DNA of 3,663 nucleotides from a virus (Duplodnaviria; Heunggongvirae; Uroviricota; Caudoviricetes): IMG/VR virus record IMGVR_UViG_2877291059_000004; one strand, 5' to 3'. Shown piece by piece: positions 1 to 3,663 of this stretch (position 1 is its first letter; each line of letters starts with the position of its first letter). The notes under the pieces were generated by a model. It saw only the letters and a program-made list of their open reading frames with translations, ran no database searches and was not told where the DNA came from. The position numbers and the translations under genes were made by a program.

Positions 1-24
1 TCAGGAAGGGATAATTGTCATCGG

Positions 25-306
25 TTTCATCGGTACGGGGACCAAAAGTGTAGGCCAGTACCCCCCCTGTTTTGGTGTTATACGCGTACCAGACGCCAGT
101 GTTGCCGGGTCTTTACTGCCAACGAAACTCCATTGCTCATCAAGTTCGCAGACTAAGACGCCACATCTTTCATCGGTACGGGGACCAAAAGTGTAGGCCA
201 GTACCCCCCCTGTTTTGGTGTTATACGCGTACCAGAGCCAGTGTTGCCGGGCTTTACTGCCAACGAAACTCCATTGCTCATCAAGTTCGCAGATAAGCGC
301 CACATC
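25..306. repeat. Tandem direct duplication, two units of ~143 bp (25-167) and ~139 bp (168-306)
   Basis: Direct reading: the unit beginning tttcatcggtacggggaccaaaagtgtaggccagtaccccccctgttttggtgttatacgcgtacc... occurs twice head-to-tail. The copies differ by four single-base indels (agacgcc vs agagcc, gggtcttt vs gggcttt, gcagactaagacgcc vs gcagataagcgcc). Flanking sequences on either side do not match the unit, so the boundaries are defined. Confidence 0.9.
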
Positions 307-345
307 AGCATGAGCAACGGGCAAAGACGTTATTCGCTTTGGCAT

Positions 346-357
346 GAGTTTTTTAAA
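346..357 (-). other. A6C slippery-type motif at the insA/insB-like junction (IS1-style frameshift site, probably non-functional here)
   Basis: Minus-strand ggcTTTAAAAAACTCatg. In IS1 the equivalent TTAAAAAAC is the programmed -1 frameshift site. Here the insA-like stop TAA lies inside the motif and the frame relationship is altered. Confidence 0.4.
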
Positions 358-522
358 GCCGGATGACGGTGTTAATGCCAATTTTCAGTGTCCTGGCGGT
401 ATCGCAAACCCCGGCGCCATTGAAGGCCATTTCAGTGAGCAGCTCTTTAATGCCCGGCTTACAGGCCTCATAAGTGTAAATGAGCTGAAAACGCGGTGGC
501 AGTCACGGCAGCGAACCAGACA
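353..522 (-). pseudogene. insA-like fragment lacking the N-terminus, with an internal frameshift
   Basis: A CxxC-containing stretch (CLVRCRDCHRVF) is in one frame and the downstream InsA-like stretch (QLIYTYEACKPG...GINTVIRL, stop TAA at 355-353) is in another. No in-frame start codon is present and the first zinc-finger half is missing. The insA-like frame is -1 relative to the insB-like frame, the opposite of IS1, so the canonical programmed -1 fusion cannot occur. Confidence 0.45.
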
Positions 523-615
523 GTTACTTTATATATACCCTCAAAACCGGGGATATCTTTTTCTTTTACATCACCCATCCTCTTCCTCCGCGCGCTTCTT
601 TGCGTAAGTTAGCCA

Positions 616-1338
616 TTAAGCAGCCTCCCCTGTTACTTTCAGCATTCCGTTATAGAGCAGCTTTCTGGTCAGCCACTGTTGGCCACGCCCGGTGATTTTT
701 GTGGTGAACGATATCTGTATTCCGTGATTTGTGTTGACTGCTGTTTCTTTCACTGTGAAATAGCCGCGATCCATATATTCCTGCATTGGCACATTGCGCC
801 GGGAACCTGAAGCAATAAGGATTTTGTGATCGCGCATCCACGCAAACAGTTTGTTTGGACCAATTCCAACAACCTTTGCAAAGTTTCCAATCAAAATTCC
901 GCTGGCCTCGCTAACGCGATCGGCAAACTCAACTTTAGGTGCTGCGAGAGCAAGCTGTTTCTCCAGTTCAGCCTTCTGGTCTTCAAGGTCGGCCGCAAGG
1001 CGCAATGCCTCAGAAAAGGTTTGTGGGATTTTCGCGGTTGCCCCTTCAAGCTCTCGCCAACGGTCAACAAGACGAGCGGTGAATTCCGGCGACAACTGGG
1101 CAACGACAATAATGCTGTCGCGCTTACCTTGTTCGCCTTCGAAGACGTAATGCTCGTACTGAACATTGAACCCTAAGTTATTGATTCTTTCGGAAACCTC
1201 AAATTGAGGATGCCGGATAACACCATTTTTAGCCAGCGTTTCGATGGTACGTTTCACATTGTCATGACGCTTACCCACCAACTCAGCGATTTCAATGCTG
1301 GTCATTTTGATGGCGTTGCTATTTATCAGCTCGTTCAT
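616..1338 (-). CDS. Phage antirepressor with Rha-type N-terminal domain and KilAC/ANT C-terminal domain
   Basis: Open frame 1344-616. The N-terminus MNELINSNAIKMTSIEIAELVGKRHDNVKRTIETL is a Rha family signature. The C-terminus LIGNFAKVVGIGPNKLFAWMRDHKILIASGS...MQEYMDRGYFTVKETAVNTNHGIQISFTTKITGRGQQWL matches the KilAC antirepressor domain pattern. The start is placed at the ATG at 1338 (M3) because GAGAGGA sits 8 nt upstream; the ATG at 1344 is an alternative. Confidence 0.85.
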   Translation of the reverse strand: MNELINSNAIKMTSIEIAELVGKRHDNVKRTIETLAKNGVIRHPQFEVSERINNLGFNVQYEHYVFEGEQGKRDSIIVVAQLSPEFTARLVDRWRELEGATAKIPQTFSEALRLAADLEDQKAELEKQLALAAPKVEFADRVSEASGILIGNFAKVVGIGPNKLFAWMRDHKILIASGSRRNVPMQEYMDRGYFTVKETAVNTNHGIQISFTTKITGRGQQWLTRKLLYNGMLKVTGEAA

Positions 1339-1370
1339 TGTCATGTCCTCTCATATTGAAAATTCAGCAA

Positions 1371-1394
1371 TAAAAAACCCAGCCGAAGCTGGGT
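1371..1394 (-). terminator. Intrinsic (Rho-independent) terminator between the ORF6N-like gene and the Rha gene
   Basis: Minus-strand ACCCAGC-ttcg-GCTGGGT (7-bp GC-rich stem, 4-nt loop) followed by TTTTTTA. It lies 19 nt past the stop of the upstream gene (1413-1415). Confidence 0.65.
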
Positions 1395-1412
1395 CGTTGC
1401 GTTGGCAATCTG

Positions 1413-2090
1413 TCAGTAGTGATGTAGTGAAGGAGGTAATTCTTTGTTCTTAAGTCTTACCCATGCAGAAAGATTCGTTGGTCCGTCTGGCTCATTAATA
1501 TCAACATCTCGTGTGTGATTGATTAAAACGTCTCTCGCCATTCCGATAACATACGAGAACTCATGACCGTAGTCGTGGCATCTGCCGGAATAGTTAGACT
1601 GAATTTGTCTTAGCGCCGGATACAGTTCGCGGAATAATGCCTGTGAGCGGTTGGCATAATCCCACAACCATACCAGACTGTTTGCATCTTTTGCAGAAAG
1701 CTCGCTGGTTTTCTTCTCGTGATGACCTGCGCTTTTCGAAGTCTGGCTGAAATAGCAGTCTTCCAGTTTTTCGAACACGTCCCACGCCTGATCGGTTTCG
1801 AGCATTTTGGCGTGGCGTGCGGCTCCGCGTTCTGTCCAGAGGATGAGGGAGCGGGCATTTTTACCAACTAACCCGATTGTTTCGGGTCTGTTCTTAAACT
1901 CGCGTAATTCGTTTTTTTCAATTTTAAAGTAATGCTTTCCTACCACGAATCGCATCGTGTTGTTCAGAAAATTATCAGAAATGTTTTTGATTTTTGTTCC
2001 GTATAACTGCGCCAGAAGTTCAGTTGTAATAACGCGGATCTGGTTGTGGGTGATTGCAGGAAGAGTGTCGACAGAAATTTGAGTGAGCAT
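1413..2090 (-). CDS. Phage antirepressor-like protein with an ORF6N/KilA-N-type N-terminal domain; C-terminal half unassigned
   Basis: The long ORF 2276-1413 has a non-protein-like N-terminal extension. The ATG at 2090 is preceded by GGAG 8 nt upstream and gives 225 aa starting [31 protein letters not shown]. The stretch [21 protein letters not shown]...[33 protein letters not shown] fits my recollection of the ORF6N pattern. Residues ~110-225 match no family I recognise. Confidence 0.65.
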   Translation of the reverse strand: MLTQISVDTLPAITHNQIRVITTELLAQLYGTKIKNISDNFLNNTMRFVVGKHYFKIEKNELREFKNRPETIGLVGKNARSLILWTERGAARHAKMLETDQAWDVFEKLEDCYFSQTSKSAGHHEKKTSELSAKDANSLVWLWDYANRSQALFRELYPALRQIQSNYSGRCHDYGHEFSYVIGMARDVLINHTRDVDINEPDGPTNLSAWVRLKNKELPPSLHHY

Positions 2091-2118
2091 AACGATAACT
2101 CCGTACATTTGGTCATTA

Positions 2119-2152
2119 TCGCCACCTTCTGGTCTCAATAATCTGGTGGCGA
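2119..2152. promoter_or_regulatory. 8-bp inverted repeat TCGCCACC-N18-GGTGGCGA in the leader of the ORF6N-like gene (possible operator or RNA structure)
   Basis: Direct reading: tcgccacc at 2119-2126 and its reverse complement ggtggcga at 2145-2152, lying 29-62 nt upstream of the ATG at 2090. Confidence 0.3.
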
Positions 2153-2250
2153 GCTGTGCAGGGTTGAGACTACCGGGTACGGAAACCGGCGAGCCTTTCG
2201 GCTCCCCCACACAGCCCACCATAAATCGCGAATGTGACTGTGCAAACGAT

Positions 2251-2272
2251 ATAAAAAAGACGCGGGCGCGTC
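2251..2272 (-). terminator. Intrinsic terminator in the control region upstream of the antirepressor-like genes
   Basis: Minus-strand GACGCGCCCGCGTC (5-6-bp GC stem) immediately followed by TTTTTTAT. On the plus strand the A-run precedes the stem, so it is not a plus-strand terminator. Confidence 0.65.
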
Positions 2273-2329
2273 TCATATCGCTCCGTAAACATCCGGGGTC
2301 TCAATCCCGACGCCAGATTTTGCTGGCGT
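2252..2329 (-). ncRNA. Candidate ~80-nt structured small RNA or terminated leader transcript (promoter at 2336-2365, terminator at 2251-2272)
   Basis: Predicted transcript acgccagcaaaatctggcgtcgggattgagaccccggatgtttacggagcgatatgagacgcgcccgcgtcttttttat. It has a 5' hairpin ACGCCAG-caaaat-CTGGCGT, a weak central hairpin and the 3' terminator hairpin with U-run. It contains no plausible ORF. Confidence 0.3.
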
Positions 2330-2335
2330 ATGAGG

Positions 2336-2365
2336 AATATAGCCCCGGATATGTGTTGTCGTCAA
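2336..2365 (-). promoter_or_regulatory. Candidate sigma70 promoter on the minus strand (-35 TTGACG, 18-bp spacer, -10 TATATT)
   Basis: Minus-strand TTGACGacaacacatatccggggcTATATT, with 5/6 matches in each hexamer. The predicted start is near 2329, heading towards the terminator at 2251-2272 and the ORF6N-like gene. Confidence 0.35.
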
Positions 2366-2374
2366 CTACAGGCC

Positions 2375-2403
2375 TTGAATGCATATAACGATTTTGTTAT
2401 GTT
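2375..2403 (+). promoter_or_regulatory. Candidate weak sigma70 promoter for the toxin-antitoxin operon (-35 TTGAAT, 17-bp spacer, -10 TATGTT)
   Basis: Plus-strand TTGAATgcatataacgattttgtTATGTT, 4/6 matches in each hexamer, ending 7 nt before the ATG at 2411, which implies a leaderless or near-leaderless mRNA. A short inverted repeat ATAAC-N6-GTTAT (2385-2400) overlaps it and could be an operator. Confidence 0.3.
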
Positions 2404-2410
2404 GATACCT

Positions 2411-2740
2411 ATGAACTACACTATCGAATACTACAGTGAAGATGTAAGGCTGGAAGTCGATCGGCTTCCATTGAGTATGCGTGCCCGATACCAACATCTC
2501 GTTGAACGTATGAAGATATATGGCAGCAATCTCGGAGAACCTCACACCAGCGCCTTTGGTGACGGACTTTTCGAACTCAGAATTAAAGGCAACGATGGGA
2601 TCGCGCGTGTTTTTTACTGCACTCTGACAGGGAAACGCATCATCATGCTGCATAGTTTTGTAAAGAAAACGCAGAAAACACCGCCAGCCGAACGCAAGAA
2701 AGCTGAAACCAGAATGAAGGAGGTTAAGCATGACTGGTAA
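2411..2740 (+). CDS. Type II toxin, RelE/ParE superfamily (phage Gp49-like / HigB-like)
   Basis: Translation [109 protein letters not shown] (109 aa). It has the size and motif pattern (GEP...G.LFELR...R..Y.......I.L.H.F.KK) of Gp49-like RelE/ParE toxins and sits upstream of, and overlaps, an HTH gene. The start is uncertain: ATGs at 2330, 2351 and 2399 are in frame, and none has a Shine-Dalgarno sequence. Confidence 0.8.
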   Translation: MNYTIEYYSEDVRLEVDRLPLSMRARYQHLVERMKIYGSNLGEPHTSAFGDGLFELRIKGNDGIARVFYCTLTGKRIIMLHSFVKKTQKTPPAERKKAETRMKEVKHDW

Positions 2741-3038
2741 ACGCACTCTCCCCACCATGACACACGACGAAATGGCAGCCAAATGGATGGAAGACCCGGC
2801 TTTTAAAGCAGAATACGACGCTATCGCTGACGAATTCGCACTGCTTGATGAAATGCTGGCAGCACGCAAAGAAGCTGGCTTAACTCAGGCTGAAGTTGCC
2901 GAGCGAATGGGAACAAAAGCGACCGCGATCACCAGAATGGAAAGTAATCTCGCATCAGGTATCAGCGGCCCATCATTTGCCACCCTAAAAAAATTCGCCC
3001 GCGCTACTGGAAAAAAACTCCAGATCCGCTTCGTTTAA
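2730..3038 (+). CDS. XRE-family helix-turn-helix antitoxin (HigA-like DNA-binding partner of the Gp49-like toxin)
   Basis: AGGAGG at 2718-2723 lies 6 nt before the ATG at 2730, and the gene overlaps the toxin stop by 11 nt. The HTH motif is [22 protein letters not shown], with a C-terminal ...[17 protein letters not shown] typical of this antitoxin family. Confidence 0.85.
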   Translation: MTGKRTLPTMTHDEMAAKWMEDPAFKAEYDAIADEFALLDEMLAARKEAGLTQAEVAERMGTKATAITRMESNLASGISGPSFATLKKFARATGKKLQIRFV

Positions 3039-3256
3039 CCACACCGCGCCGTCATTCTGGCGGCGCACCGGATAAATAGCCATTTCCTCGCACGATGTCT
3101 TAGCCACCGGATATCCCACAGGTGAGCCGTGTAGTTGAAGGTTTTTACGTCAGATTCTTTTGGGATTGGCTTGCGTTTATTTCTGGAGCGTTTCGTTGGA
3201 AGGTATTTGCAGTTTTCGCGGATGATGTCGGTGAAACTTCGTCGCTGTCGCCTCAT
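3035..3256 (-). CDS. ninE: NinE family protein (lambdoid nin region), with an apparent ~13-15 aa C-terminal extension
   Basis: [58 protein letters not shown]... matches NinE as I recall it (~56-60 aa). The start ATG overlaps the ninB stop (ATGA at 3256-3253), with GGAGG 5 nt upstream. The tail [15 protein letters not shown] is not part of NinE as I remember it. Confidence 0.8.
   Translation of the reverse strand: MRRQRRSFTDIIRENCKYLPTKRSRNKRKPIPKESDVKTFNYTAHLWDIRWLRHRARKWLFIRCAARMTARCG
3046..3066. other. GC-rich hairpin GCGCCG-N9-CGGCGC just past the antitoxin stop, inside the ninE 3' extension
   Basis: Direct reading: gcgccg at 3046-3051 and cggcgc at 3061-3066. There is no clear U-tract on either strand, so it is not called a terminator. 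It may mark the insertion junction or act as a weak bidirectional stop. Confidence 0.3.
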
Positions 3257-3663
3257 TCATACCTCCTGTCGGTAAATCTGACACCCTGACCAATAGCCCA
3301 GGCTGTTGTGTACTCGATCAGACTTGCCATGCGCTTCACGCTCATCTGCGCGCTGCTTTCGCGAATGTTGACGCATTCTCCTTCAAGGCCGGGCAAAACA
3401 TCAGCTTCCTGTTTTGTTGCCACTGCATGACCGCTGATCAACAAAACCTTCCATTGTTCTGGTTTTAACCATTTGCCGCACCATTGAACCTGACGAGCGA
3501 TATCCGCCAGCATCGCGTGAAATTTTGCGTTCTGGTCAAGATTTCGCTTGTAGTCAGTAATGCGGATGGTGACTGGCTTGTCTTTATCGAGAGGAGTTGA
3601 GAGGATGGCATTTATTGCGGCTTGCTGTTGTTGCTTAGTTCGGAGGAAGATTGTTTGCTTCAT
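3253..3663 (-). CDS. ninB: NinB family protein (lambda NinB/Orf-like recombination protein)
   Basis: [21 protein letters not shown]...[36 protein letters not shown]... aligns with lambda NinB as recalled (MKKLTFEIRSPAHQQNAIHAV...RSLDQNRKLWACLGDVSRQVEWHGRWLDAESWKCVF). The start ATG is the last three bases of the window, so the upstream context is not visible. Confidence 0.85.
   Translation of the reverse strand: MKQTIFLRTKQQQQAAINAILSTPLDKDKPVTIRITDYKRNLDQNAKFHAMLADIARQVQWCGKWLKPEQWKVLLISGHAVATKQEADVLPGLEGECVNIRESSAQMSVKRMASLIEYTTAWAIGQGVRFTDRRYE

Larger units (their letters stand above)
1..381 (-). pseudogene. insB-like transposase fragment, disrupted by a ~143-bp tandem duplication and frameshifting indels
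   Basis: The ORF opens with TTG at 381 (first ATG is M13). The InsB-like frame is intact through the promoter-distal repeat copy (168-306) but shifts in the second copy (25-167), giving KDPATLASGTRITPKQ... and a TGA at 3-1. Canonical InsB has ~90 further residues that are absent here. Confidence 0.55.
1..575 (-). mobile_element. Decayed IS1-family insertion sequence remnant (insA-like and insB-like parts), running off the left edge of the window
   Basis: Minus-strand translations match IS1 InsA and InsB as recalled: ...QLIYTYEACKPGIKELLTEMAFNGAGVCDTARTLKIGINTVIRL resembles the InsA C-terminus, and FKKLMPKRITSLPVAHADVALICELDEQWSFVGSKARQHWLWYAYNTKTGGVLAYTFGPRTDE resembles InsB (DEQW..VG.K.RQ.WL.YAY...FG.RT). 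An A6C slippery-type motif (minus-strand TTTAAAAAAC, plus 348-357) sits at the insA/insB junction as in IS1. A GGTGATG resembling the IS1 terminus lies at 569-575 on the minus strand, but only these 7 nt match, so the right boundary is tentative. Roughly 50-55% protein identity to canonical IS1 by eye, so this is a divergent family member. Confidence 0.55.

Noticed and set aside
25-306. Tandem repeat considered as a CRISPR array or satellite
   Set aside because: There are only two units of ~140 bp with no spacer structure or short palindromic repeats. It is a simple segmental duplication inside IS-derived coding sequence.
72-607. Plus-strand ORFs 72..296 (74 aa) and 344..607 (87 aa)
   Set aside because: They are antisense to the IS1-like insB and insA homology. 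The first is simply the tandem repeat read in another frame (note the repeated peptide LYCQRNSIAHQVRR).
569-615. Possible terminator or promoter between the Rha stop and the IS1-like end (GC-rich gcgcgc palindrome)
   Set aside because: There is no stem-loop followed by a T-run on either strand and no convincing -35/-10 pair. The GGTGATG match to the IS1 end is kept only as a tentative boundary marker.
650-1176. Four alternative-frame ORFs (650..841 -, 826..1176 +, 851..1150 +, 891..1166 -) inside the Rha/KilAC gene
   Set aside because: All are nested in or antisense to a gene with strong family signatures. Their translations are basic or low-complexity with no recognisable domains.
1594-1867. 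Two minus-strand alternative-frame ORFs (63 and 85 aa) inside the ORF6N-like gene
   Set aside because: They are out-of-frame overlaps of the better-supported 225-aa CDS, and their translations are Arg/Lys-rich with no motifs.
2143-2150. Chi-like sequence tCTGGTGGc
   Set aside because: Only 7 of 8 bases match GCTGGTGG. It is part of the inverted repeat at 2119-2152 and more likely incidental.
2091-2276. N-terminal 62-codon extension of the ORF 1413..2276 ([18 protein letters not shown]...)
   Set aside because: The composition is not protein-like. It spans the intrinsic terminator (2251-2272) and the leader inverted repeat, and a better start (ATG at 2090 with GGAG upstream) exists where the recognisable domain begins.
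2083-2388. 101-aa plus-strand ORF across the control region
   Set aside because: It runs through the terminator hairpin and promoter elements, has no recognisable motifs or ribosome-binding site, and overlaps the better-supported regulatory interpretation.
2330-2410. Upstream in-frame ATGs (2330, 2351, 2399) as the toxin start
   Set aside because: None has a Shine-Dalgarno sequence. The extension (MRNIAPDMCCRQLQALNAYNDFVMLIP) is not part of the Gp49-like domain and overlaps the divergent promoter region. The ATG at 2411 gives the usual ~109-aa toxin, although the start remains uncertain.
2366-2869. 167-aa minus-strand ORF antisense to the toxin and antitoxin genes
   Set aside because: It is low-complexity and Ser/Ala-rich ([23 protein letters not shown]...), lies entirely antisense to two genes with clear family signatures, and has no ribosome-binding site. 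It is a typical shadow ORF.

Overview
This window reads as a fragment of a lambdoid (enterobacterial-type) prophage nin/accessory region whose phage-forward direction is the minus strand. From high to low coordinates on the minus strand: ninB (3663-3253), translationally coupled ninE (3256-3035), then a plus-strand two-gene toxin-antitoxin insert (RelE/ParE-superfamily Gp49/HigB-like toxin 2411-2740, XRE-HTH antitoxin 2730-3038). Next comes a ~320-bp control region with candidate back-to-back promoters and a minus-strand intrinsic terminator (2251-2272), followed by two minus-strand antirepressor-type genes: an ORF6N/KilA-N-like gene (2090-1413) and a Rha + KilAC gene (1338-616), separated by a second intrinsic terminator (1371-1394). 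The left end (1 to ~575) is a decayed IS1-family element (insA-like and insB-like remnants) carrying a ~140-bp tandem duplication. All family assignments come from reading the translations and recalled motifs; no database search was run. I found no multi-gene cluster of unassignable ORFs, so I cannot support a claim of a new system. The least explained elements are a promoter-to-terminator unit that would give a ~80-nt structured RNA upstream of the antirepressor genes, the unassigned C-terminal half of the ORF6N-like protein, and the duplicated IS1-like relic.
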